Below, in pieces: positions 1 to 7,222 of a stretch of DNA of 37,260 nt. Source of the DNA: an uncultured Oscillospiraceae bacterium. Lineage in GTDB: Bacteria > Bacillota > Clostridia > Oscillospirales > Oscillospiraceae. The notes under the pieces were generated by a model. It saw only the letters and a program-made list of their open reading frames with translations, was not told the DNA's origin and made no database searches. Where the stretch lies: the NCBI GenBank assembly GCA_959022875.1, contig CAUFAM010000001.1:1-37260 (forward strand), written 5' to 3'. Every line of letters starts with the position of its first letter. Within the stretch, counting starts at the first letter, position 1. The position numbers were made by a program, and so were the translations under genes.

Positions 1-132
1 TCTGTGTGGGGGATATCCAAGTACAATCACTGGCGTGAAATGATCGTCTGTGGACGTTCGTCGAAGCTCTGAATTCCATAAACTTCTGGATTATCTCTCC
101 TTTGTCACGTTCAGCGTTTGATTTTGTGTTAA

Positions 133-159
133 AAAAGTCCCCTAATTTAGGGGACTTTT
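133..159. terminator. Perfect inverted repeat, probable bidirectional intrinsic terminator
   Basis: AAAAGTCCCCTA (133-144), 3-nt loop, TAGGGGACTTTT (148-159); A/T runs on both sides. Confidence 0.65.
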
Positions 160-212
160 CAGCACTAGAAATAAAAATTCAGGGGTAGTATAGCGAGGCA
201 TAGAATAACATT

Positions 213-254
213 GGCCGCCATCTCAATACCTATGTGCAGAGATGACGGCCTTTT
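213..254 (+). terminator. Stem-loop followed by T-run, possible intrinsic terminator
   Basis: GGCCGCCATCTC...GAGATGACGGCC (11/12 match) then TTTT. Confidence 0.45.
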
Positions 255-363
255 ATGCGCCGGAAGATTTTATGGTTACTAATTCTAAACGAAAATACTA
301 GTATAGATCGATTAAAACCACCTTCATCTTGTCCACATCAAGAATACTTTTGTAGTCTTTACA

Positions 364-651
364 TTAAAGACATCCGGAAATTAAAGTAACTGGATAGTAA
401 TCATATTCTACATTATTCCAATATTCAGATTCTATTTCTACGTGCACCCCTACTATACGCTCTGCAATAATACTTTCTGAATCGTCGGCAAATATAGTGT
501 CTTCAGTAACAACAAATCGTTCTGTTTTATCGGGCCTATTGGCCAATGCGATAACAATATGTGTGTATGGGGAGTCACTTTCATCACAATAGAAGGAAAT
601 AGTCCCTTCAAAAGACTTGTGTATTAGAGTAGGTGTTTCTATTATAAAAAC
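364..651 (-). pseudogene. AT-rich gene remnant (open frame with no good start)
   Basis: The listed 60-aa ORF frame stays open upstream to 651 (VFIIETPTLIHKSFEGTISFYCDESDSPYTHIVIAL...) with no ATG or RBS. TGA at 652-654 interrupts a hydrophobic stretch IAGF*VFII. Much lower GC than the phage genes. Confidence 0.35.
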
Positions 652-685
652 TCAAAATCCAGCAATATCAGGGCTCGAACGGCAA

Positions 686-733
686 AGGTGTAGGAGTAGT
701 CAAGTAATAACCGACTCTCCTACACCTCTTTTT
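686..733. terminator. Stem-loop ending the late operon
   Basis: AGGTGTAGGAG (686-696) pairs with CTCCTACACCT (717-727), with an inner AGTC/GACT pair; T-run after it on the + strand; lies just downstream of the last minus-strand gene (stop at 775). Confidence 0.55.
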
Positions 734-774
734 ACACCGTTCTGCCGCTTTAAGCACAGAAGCAAATAATAACT

Positions 775-1392
775 TTACTCGCCGCCATACCCGCGCACGT
801 CCTCGACAAATGACCTGTTTCTCAAGTTATTCTCATACGCTTCCCGGATGATACGGATGGCGATGTCCACTTCTCCATTTTGAAGACCATTATCTTTGAT
901 GATCTCCTCATATTCGGCATAGATCCGAAAGACTCGCTTAAACTGTTCTCTGGTTACAGGATTGTCGGGGCAGACACAATATGAGGCAAAGCTTATGATA
1001 GAACTACGCTTACTCTCAATGTAAAGGGACATGGTGATCTCATTGTTTTTATCCAGTCCTTCTTTCAGAGCTTCAATGGATTTGGCATACACCTCTGCCC
1101 GCTCATTAACCCATTTCATCCAAGAATCACGCTTTGCGATGTTGTCCGAACTGTAGTGAGACTCCACACTGCTTAGCATAGTTTTCACATCATGAATGGT
1201 TGTGGACATTTCCTGCATGGTCTGGCGCTCTTGCTTTTTACGAGCAAAATACTTTCGGATTTTGACGAATTCAGGAACGACTTTCCCTTTAAATTCCAAA
1301 ACTTCTCCGATGATCTGCATAACCAGAAATACACCGATGATAGTGAGTCCTAACACGACAGGCACATTCAGATACTCGATATAGCCTATCAT
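775..1392 (-). CDS. Phage membrane-anchored protein (N-terminal TM helix plus coiled coil; holin-like or lysis-associated hypothetical)
   Basis: ATG at 1392 with AGGATGGTG upstream; hydrophobic VPVVLGLTIIGVFLVMQII followed by a charged helical region; lower GC than the structural genes. Confidence 0.6.
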   Translation of the reverse strand: MIGYIEYLNVPVVLGLTIIGVFLVMQIIGEVLEFKGKVVPEFVKIRKYFARKKQERQTMQEMSTTIHDVKTMLSSVESHYSSDNIAKRDSWMKWVNERAEVYAKSIEALKEGLDKNNEITMSLYIESKRSSIISFASYCVCPDNPVTREQFKRVFRIYAEYEEIIKDNGLQNGEVDIAIRIIREAYENNLRNRSFVEDVRGYGGE

Positions 1393-1511
1393 TGTGATCA
1401 ATCACCATCCTTTGCCAAGGCAGTGTTTCCGCACTTCGAGCCATGAACGCTGAGGGTCAAAACTAAATTTTCTTCGACCATTACTCAACCTCCTATGGGA
1501 AAACACAGATT

Positions 1512-1997
1512 TTAATTGTCCATCACTTCTTCGATTGAGCCCAAATCGGTCCACTTCACATTGACCGTCCCCGGCTCCCACACATTGTTGTCCTGCCCGG
1601 ATTGCCACACATGGCCGTTGTGGGTGCAACAATTTCCCGTCATGTACGGGCTCGTGGACATGGCGACGAAGGGGAGGGGCTTCTTAGGATCGTCCGACCA
1701 GTAGAACCCCCACTGGGCGGGCAGTTCCTCCGGCTCCTGGGGGTAGATGTCGCTGTTGTAGTTTTGGATAAGGCGCACAATACGCCCCGCAGAAGACCGG
1801 CACAGGAACCCGTCCGTCTTGCCGGCTTTGCGCTCCAGCATGTTCTTCTTGGCGATCGCGGCAGAGAAGTCGGGAATATAATCCTCTTTCTCGTACAGTT
1901 CGGTGCCCGTCATGCCCTCGGAGGTCTCCTGCAAATCCTGGGCCCGACGCATGCCGTATTTCCGCATAGTGGTCAGCACAAAATCCTTGTCAGTCAA
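1512..1997 (-). CDS. Tail-associated protein with C-terminal CBM5/12-like (chitin-binding type 3) module
   Basis: C-terminal YMTGNCCTHNGHVWQSGQDNNVWEPGTVNVKW matches the Y..G..V.H.G..W.S....N.WEPG....W pattern; overlaps the stop of the upstream gene. Confidence 0.6.
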   Translation of the reverse strand: MTDKDFVLTTMRKYGMRRAQDLQETSEGMTGTELYEKEDYIPDFSAAIAKKNMLERKAGKTDGFLCRSSAGRIVRLIQNYNSDIYPQEPEELPAQWGFYWSDDPKKPLPFVAMSTSPYMTGNCCTHNGHVWQSGQDNNVWEPGTVNVKWTDLGSIEEVMDN

Positions 1998-2319
1998 CTC
2001 CGTTCACTCCTTCCCGAATCGCATTGGCCAGTTCCACATAGGACGCCAGCTCTTTCTGAGCACGATACAGAGCCTCGTTGCTGAGGTCGATCTCATTGTC
2101 CATGCCTTTCTTCAGGAACTCCTCATAGTTGTCCTGGACGTTCTGGACAATCCCGTCCCAGGTTTCCACCTCCACGTGGTACTCGTCGTACTCATATCCG
2201 GTGAACTCCTCGGTTTCTGCCGGTTTTACATTTTGAAACAGCCGCACAAGGCTTCGGTTGGTTCCCGGGATCTGCTCCACGGCGAACTTCCCCGGATCGA
2301 CCATTCCCTGTACCTTCAT
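1990..2319 (-). CDS. Small acidic phage protein (109 aa) directly downstream of the DGR RT
   Basis: ATG at 2319 with AAAGGAG RBS (2328-2334). The longer 155-aa call overlaps the RT and is unlikely. Confidence 0.65.
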   Translation of the reverse strand: MKVQGMVDPGKFAVEQIPGTNRSLVRLFQNVKPAETEEFTGYEYDEYHVEVETWDGIVQNVQDNYEEFLKKGMDNEIDLSNEALYRAQKELASYVELANAIREGVNGVD

Positions 2320-2333
2320 AGGTGCCACTCCTT

Positions 2334-3509
2334 TCAGGCCGCCCGATAAGGCGGATATAATCGTTGTAGCCGCCGACATTCCCTTCGGACGACTTTCTTG
2401 AGATTGAACATGGTATTCGGCTGATAATACCGCTCCAATATTCGCTGACTGTTGCAATTACGGAGCTGCCCCAGTCTTGAGATCAGTCCGGACGCCCTTT
2501 TGAACGAGATGACCCGGTTCCGGTCTCTCCGGTGGTAGTAGGTGTGCAGCGCCCGCTTGAGCCGGAACAGGTTGTGCTTTCGGAGGATCGTGTACCCATG
2601 CCCGAAACGATAGCCCAACGCAGACGGGATTCTTGGCCGGCGGTGCCGCTGTTTCTTCTCGTGCAGGGTGTCGTGGGCTTTCGCCACCCTCGGCGTAAAG
2701 CCTACTCGGAAGATCTGCCAATTTCCCTTCAACCGCAAGCCCACCTCGGCCAGCCATGCCCGGATGTCATCCAGCAGCCGCCTCAGCTTCCGCTTATTGG
2801 AGCCGAAGATGGTGAAGTTGTCCATCTGCCGCAGATAGTGGCTCACACCATATTGCTTTTGGTGGATCATCAGATCCAGCGGCTGGAGCAGCAGATGCAG
2901 GAACCATGCGGAGAAGAACGCGCCGATCAGGACTCCGTACTCCATCAGCGCGTCGCACAGCCAGAGCGTTTCCCGGTCCTTGAACAGACGTTTCAGCGCA
3001 TGGATGACATACGGCGGGTCCACCTCCACAAAGCAGTGGTGAATGTCGCACTCCGCGCAGTATTGGGTGCCCACTGGGTCATTCTTCATCCATTTCTTCA
3101 AAACCTTTACGCCATAGGAGTTGCCGCGCCCCGGCACGCTTGCGATGCAATACTTGTCCATGCTCCGCTTGATGTGCGGAATCATGGGCTGCACTACCGC
3201 GTGGTGGACATACTGGTCCGGCCACAAAAGCGGCTCATTGATATCCCGCCATTTCCCTTTGCCGCTGTCCGCGTTCCGGTCCCATTTCCGCCGTTGCAGG
3301 GGTTTATGCATATGCTCGTCTCCGGTCACCAGGTCTTCGATGAACTTGCGGAGTTTTACCACATATTCATCGATATGCTCCTCGATTTCCATGACCTTCT
3401 TATTTAAGCTGTAGTCGCCGTTGCGCCGGTGTCCCCGGTTGACATCCTGAATAGCCAGACGCAGGTTTTCATCGGAAATGATTTGTTGGTAAATTCTAAC
3501 TCGTTTCAT
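2334..3509 (-). CDS. DGR reverse transcriptase with non-canonical motifs (QMDN)
   Basis: RT-like blocks in order: KWRDINEP..PDQYVHHA, ASVPGRG, ECDIHHCF (motif A Asp), GVLIGAFFSA, HYLRQMDNFTIFG, GLRLK, ALGY. Basic protein adjacent to a TR/VR pair. ATG at 3509 with AAGGAGG upstream. Confidence 0.9.
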   Translation of the reverse strand: MKRVRIYQQIISDENLRLAIQDVNRGHRRNGDYSLNKKVMEIEEHIDEYVVKLRKFIEDLVTGDEHMHKPLQRRKWDRNADSGKGKWRDINEPLLWPDQYVHHAVVQPMIPHIKRSMDKYCIASVPGRGNSYGVKVLKKWMKNDPVGTQYCAECDIHHCFVEVDPPYVIHALKRLFKDRETLWLCDALMEYGVLIGAFFSAWFLHLLLQPLDLMIHQKQYGVSHYLRQMDNFTIFGSNKRKLRRLLDDIRAWLAEVGLRLKGNWQIFRVGFTPRVAKAHDTLHEKKQRHRRPRIPSALGYRFGHGYTILRKHNLFRLKRALHTYYHRRDRNRVISFKRASGLISRLGQLRNCNSQRILERYYQPNTMFNLKKVVRRECRRLQRLYPPYRAA

Positions 3510-3700
3510 CAGGGATAGTGTTCCTCCTTGTAGCCTCACAACTGTTCCATCGCCGCGGGTGGTTCCGGGGCGGGACCCGGCCCGAAGTGTACTAAGCTGT
3601 GTCCTGACGGCTCATCTTCAGCAAGTGCTGCGCGGTCAACGATGCGTAATAGAAAGGGTGAGGAACCCTGACTACCAAAAGGAGGTTTAGCCATACCCGA

Positions 3701-3716
3701 CAGGTCCTTCGACCTG
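3701..3716 (-). other. Hairpin just 3' of TR, in the TR-RNA spacer
   Basis: CAGGTC-GAAG-GACCTG on the coding strand; perfect 6-bp stem. Confidence 0.55.
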
Positions 3717-3730
3717 CGTCTGCTTCAAGA

Positions 3731-3871
3731 AGGCGACAGCCGATGTTGGAGTTGGAGTTCGACGCGTTGTTGTAGTTCACGTAGAAAGGCCCGTGATTCT
3801 GGTTCTGGTTATAGTTACCGCCATGGTGCAGGCACGGGTTACTACCGTTGAAATTCCAGTTATCCGGGACA
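3731..3871 (-). ncRNA. DGR template repeat (TR)
   Basis: 141-nt ungapped match to 4057-4197; 39 adenines on the coding strand, 14 AAY codons (reads DNWNFNGSNPCLHHGGNYNQNQNHGPFYVNYNNASNSNSNIGCR). Confidence 0.95.
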
Positions 3872-3965
3872 TCGTCTGCTGCAAAGTTGACCCCGCGCTT
3901 TCCCCTTACCAAAGGAAAAGCGGTTTATTAGAGCAAAATCGCTCCATTTTGAATTTTTATAAGGC

Positions 3966-4015
3966 GGAGGTTGGGGGAAGGGACTGCGGTCCCCTCACCC
4001 CAAACCCCCTCCTCC
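3966..4015 (-). other. GC-rich imperfect hairpin downstream of the target gene (candidate retrohoming element or terminator)
   Basis: Core GGGAC-TGCG-GTCCC (3980-3993), extended by TTGGGG/CCCCAA and GGAGG/CCTCC. Confidence 0.55.
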
Positions 4016-4028
4016 ACAGGGGAATAAG

Positions 4029-6767
4029 TCACGCCGCCTTCGGCGGGCGCTCCTGGAGGCGACAGCCGATGACGGAGTAGGAGTACGACGCGTCGCTGCA
4101 GCTCACGTAGAAAGGCCCGCGATCCCGGTTCCGGCTATAGCTACCGCCATGGTACAGGCACGGGCTACCACCGTTGAAACCCCAGCTATCCGGGACACAA
4201 GTTGTAGTACTGCCAGAGGATTCGGAGGGGTAAAGCGCCCACTCTAGACCGCTTTGAGTCGGGATGGCGAAATCGCTGGGGTAGCCGCTGGTTGGCTTGC
4301 CCACCAGAACCCCGTTGGCATTGTCACTGAACTGATTGGGATTCTTGATGACATTCAGGCCATTGGCATTGTAGTAGCACCCGTCCATCCAGTCGTACAC
4401 GTTGTCCCACCAGCCCTCGATATTCCGGTACTGGCAGAACCCATAGGAATTCCGGTTGACCGCCGTGGTTCCCGTGTGGTATTTCATGGCGTCCGTCTTT
4501 CCGTTGTTTTCCCTGGAGCCGCTGGCCGAACAGCCCAGGCCGATGCGCTCACCGTTCCAGTCCGCGAATTCCACCAGGAACAGCATATTCACATACCAGA
4601 ACTGGGCAAAGTCCATCTGCCAGATGTTCGTCCCCAGATTGTGGATATTGGTGCGGGCAATGGAACGGGTGATGTTGACCATCTGCGCCTGATTGGTCTC
4701 CGATTTCCAGTTGGAGCCGCAGTGGTACCGGCCGATGTAGGAGTGATCCAGCTCGCCCAAGCCATCGCCCCGATCCATATTCACAGGGTCCACATGGAAC
4801 CCCTCAACAGGGCCGTCCGCGATTTGCAGCTTCAACTTCTTCCCCGTCTTGGTCCACTTGAACCAATACTTGGGCTCTTTCACCATCACACCACCGGTCC
4901 GGGTAACCTTGGTCATGTCCCTCCACGGGTACAGGTTGTCAAATGGGGAGGAGCCGGAGCCATTATTCACTGCCGGATTGGGGTCGCCGAACCCGGCCGC
5001 CCCGTCTGTGCGCTTGCCCTTGGTGGAGCCGCTGCTGGTCCAATCCCACTCCACGCCGTAGATGGTGACGAACTGAGCCTTGACCTGTATCTGCTTGTCC
5101 GCGCCGGCCAGATAGTTGTCCCCCTCTGCCACCTTGACGGTAATTGTGGTGGTGCCTGTGGTGTCCTTTACACTGTTCACCGTCACCTCCCCCGTGATCT
5201 GATTGACGCTGCTCACGGTAGCCACACTCTGACTGTTGGAGATGGCGGAGATCACGCCGTCCCCCTTCCGGGTCACCGTGAATTTGGCGCTTCGGGCACT
5301 GGTGTTCAGGGTCACAGCTGCGGGGCTTACCGTCACTACCTGGTCGCCCTTGGCGATGGACCAAGTCGCGGTCTTGCCGCCCACTTCGCCGTCCCACCAC
5401 TGGTGGTTGGAGTCCGGTGTAAAGGTGGCGGTGTATCCCGTCCCGGCGTTGATTTGGGGCTCCACCGAAACGGTCATCTTATTGCTGTCATAATTGCTGT
5501 CCCAGGACGGGGTCTTGGGGTTGCCGTCGTACTTCGGCACCTCGCTCTGCTTGGGCACCGCCGCCAGGCTGGCCCGGCCAATGGTCCAGTTTACCGTCTT
5601 CTTCCCGGTGGTGCCGTCCGACCACATGCCTTTCAGCAGGGTAAAGGTGGCGGTATGGGTGCCCGCGTTGGTCTGGGGCGTCACCGACACCGAGGAATTC
5701 TCCTGGTCAAAGTTGTTCCACTCCGGCGTCTGCGGCGCGCCCGTATAGACGGGAGAGCCCTTCTGTACCGGGATGGGTACGATAACGCTGGTGATGGTCC
5801 AGATGACCTCCTTGGCCCCGGTGGAGCCGTCCCACCACTTGTAGTTGGGCGTGGGGGTGAAGGTGGCGGTATAGTCCTTGGCATCTGTGCCGAACCGCTC
5901 CCCGCCGATGATCAGCTTGCTGGTGTCGTAGTTGTCCCAGGTGGGCGTCTGGGGCTTTCCGTTGGCCGCCAGCACATTGCTCTGCTTCGGCGGCGAAGCG
6001 ATGACCGCCCGGTCGATGACCCAGCTTACGGTCGCCTCATTCTGCCCTCCGGGGAATACATAGCCATAGTCCAGAACAAACTTGGCGGAATAGGTGCCTG
6101 CATTGACGCCATTGGTTTCTCCGGAAATGGTCATCTTTCCGGTGCCATATCCGGTCCACGCCGGCGTCTTGGTCTCTCCGTCATAGGTCAGAACTCCATT
6201 TTGAACCGGGACGGCCACCTCGATGGGGTTCACCGTCACCGTCAGGCTTGCGGTCTTGGTCACGCCCTCGTAGGCGTACTGGATCTGCACTGCCTGCTGC
6301 CCCAGTGCGGAGAACGCGTCCGGGGAGTGGGTGTATCCGGAGACTTCCTCCGAGGATTCGTCCGAATAAGTGGCTGTGACCACCATTCCGGCCGGATCAA
6401 AGGTCTCCAGATACTGGTATGTCATCTTTGTCGGGTTTGCCGTGATGGCGATGGACACCAGCACCTTCTTCACCGTCACGGGTACGCTGGCCGTCTTGGT
6501 GATCCGCCCCTCCGTGTAAGTAATGGTCACCTCCGTGACCCCATCCGTCAGAACCTGAGGCGAAACGGTGTAGCCGGTCACGTCTGAAGTAAGACCATAC
6601 CCATAGCCCGCCGTGACCACCATGCCGGTCGGGTCAAAGGACTCCCCGGACTTATAGACCGTCTTGTTGGGCTGCTTGGTAATTGCCAGGGTCTCCAGCT
6701 TCAGAGTGCCGCCGCCACCGTTGCCGCCGGTCATGTTGAAAACCTTGCCGACGTTAGCGTTACTCAT
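4029..6767 (-). CDS. DGR target: tail fibre/receptor-binding protein with Ig-like repeats and C-terminal CLec-like variable domain
   Basis: Two Big_3-like repeats (ITKQPNKTVYKSGESFDPTGMVVTA / ITANPTKMTYQYLETFDPAGMVVTA); four ~72-aa repeats (P.Q....Y.G....P.W...NAGT.TATF); C-terminal YRNIEGWWDNVYDWMDG...GCRL typical of CLec/FGE-type DGR targets; VR at the 3' end. Confidence 0.88.
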   Translation of the reverse strand: MSNANVGKVFNMTGGNGGGGTLKLETLAITKQPNKTVYKSGESFDPTGMVVTAGYGYGLTSDVTGYTVSPQVLTDGVTEVTITYTEGRITKTASVPVTVKKVLVSIAITANPTKMTYQYLETFDPAGMVVTATYSDESSEEVSGYTHSPDAFSALGQQAVQIQYAYEGVTKTASLTVTVNPIEVAVPVQNGVLTYDGETKTPAWTGYGTGKMTISGETNGVNAGTYSAKFVLDYGYVFPGGQNEATVSWVIDRAVIASPPKQSNVLAANGKPQTPTWDNYDTSKLIIGGERFGTDAKDYTATFTPTPNYKWWDGSTGAKEVIWTITSVIVPIPVQKGSPVYTGAPQTPEWNNFDQENSSVSVTPQTNAGTHTATFTLLKGMWSDGTTGKKTVNWTIGRASLAAVPKQSEVPKYDGNPKTPSWDSNYDSNKMTVSVEPQINAGTGYTATFTPDSNHQWWDGEVGGKTATWSIAKGDQVVTVSPAAVTLNTSARSAKFTVTRKGDGVISAISNSQSVATVSSVNQITGEVTVNSVKDTTGTTTITVKVAEGDNYLAGADKQIQVKAQFVTIYGVEWDWTSSGSTKGKRTDGAAGFGDPNPAVNNGSGSSPFDNLYPWRDMTKVTRTGGVMVKEPKYWFKWTKTGKKLKLQIADGPVEGFHVDPVNMDRGDGLGELDHSYIGRYHCGSNWKSETNQAQMVNITRSIARTNIHNLGTNIWQMDFAQFWYVNMLFLVEFADWNGERIGLGCSASGSRENNGKTDAMKYHTGTTAVNRNSYGFCQYRNIEGWWDNVYDWMDGCYYNANGLNVIKNPNQFSDNANGVLVGKPTSGYPSDFAIPTQSGLEWALYPSESSGSTTTCVPDSWGFNGGSPCLYHGGSYSRNRDRGPFYVSCSDASYSYSVIGCRLQERPPKAA
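4034..4046 (-). other. GAA-triloop hairpin 3' of VR (IMH-associated candidate)
   Basis: CCGCC-GAA-GGCGG on the coding strand, 10 nt past the end of TR/VR homology; absent after TR. Confidence 0.6.
4057..4197 (-). repeat. DGR variable repeat (VR)
   Basis: 20 mismatches to TR: 16 A->G, 3 A->T, 1 C->T (coding strand). Confidence 0.95.
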
Positions 6768-7149
6768 TGCTCTGCTCGACCTCCAGTCGCAAAATAGAAA
6801 TCGTCAGGTTCTCCGTGGGGGTGACCTCGCACCGGAACGTGACCTGACCGTCCGTTGTAATGTTATCGGCTTTTACGCCGGTCTCGCTTGCCGCCATAAA
6901 GCAGTCCGCGTCGGCACACACAATATACCAGTATTTTCCGTCAGCCAGGAGGAACTCGTCCTGCACAGTCTGAGCTCTGCCGCTCCAGTTCTCGGTCGGC
7001 AGAGTGACGGTGATACCGGTGTGCTGCGCGCTCTCCAGCAGAGGGATCATCGAGTCCAATAGTTCGTTGATGCGGATCAGGGTGTCCTGTTTCCCTCGCT
7101 CTGCCAGTGCCCGTAACTGCTCTATGGTGGTGAGTTGTTTCTCTGCCAT
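6760..7149 (-). CDS. Tail fibre accessory/adaptor protein
   Basis: AAAGGAG RBS; overlaps the target gene start; C-terminal domain resembles the C-terminus of 8790-10097. Confidence 0.7.
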   Translation of the reverse strand: MAEKQLTTIEQLRALAERGKQDTLIRINELLDSMIPLLESAQHTGITVTLPTENWSGRAQTVQDEFLLADGKYWYIVCADADCFMAASETGVKADNITTDGQVTFRCEVTPTENLTISILRLEVEQSNE

Positions 7150-7173
7150 ATGAGAGCTCCTTTCGGGAAATAT

Positions 7174-7210
7174 AAAAAAAGGGGACGGGAATCTGCGCCC
7201 CCATCCCCCT
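7174..7210 (-). terminator. Intrinsic terminator after the 330-aa tail protein gene
   Basis: Coding strand GGGGATGGG...CCCGTCCCC followed by TTTTTTT. Confidence 0.7.
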
Positions 7211-7222
7211 TAACGGAGCCGT

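Larger units (their letters stand above)
2334..4197 (-). mobile_element. Diversity-generating retroelement cassette (VR - hairpins - TR - spacer - RT)
   Basis: Adenine-specific TR/VR repeat pair next to a reverse transcriptase. Confidence 0.95.

Noticed and set aside
1..130. Prophage attachment site, tRNA or start of an integrase gene
   Set aside because: No recognisable tRNA, direct repeat or convincing reading frame; too little sequence to call.
1990..2457. 155-aa version of the gene downstream of RT
   Set aside because: It would overlap the RT by over 120 nt; a strong RBS supports ATG 2319.
2334..3509. RT as a group II intron, retron or Abi RT
   Set aside because: No maturase/endonuclease extension or msr-msd arrangement is evident, and the adjacent adenine-specific TR/VR pair identifies it as a DGR RT.
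3592..3912. 106-aa ORF between target and RT as a possible Avd
   Set aside because: It is the TR read in the VR frame (Asn-rich copy of the target C-terminus), has no clear RBS and does not look like a helical-bundle Avd.
4254..6587. Long plus-strand ORFs (777 aa here; also 7433-8800, 8760-10076, 28432-30261, 32974-34368 and others)
   Set aside because: Antisense shadows of GC-rich minus-strand genes; no RBS or recognisable motifs.
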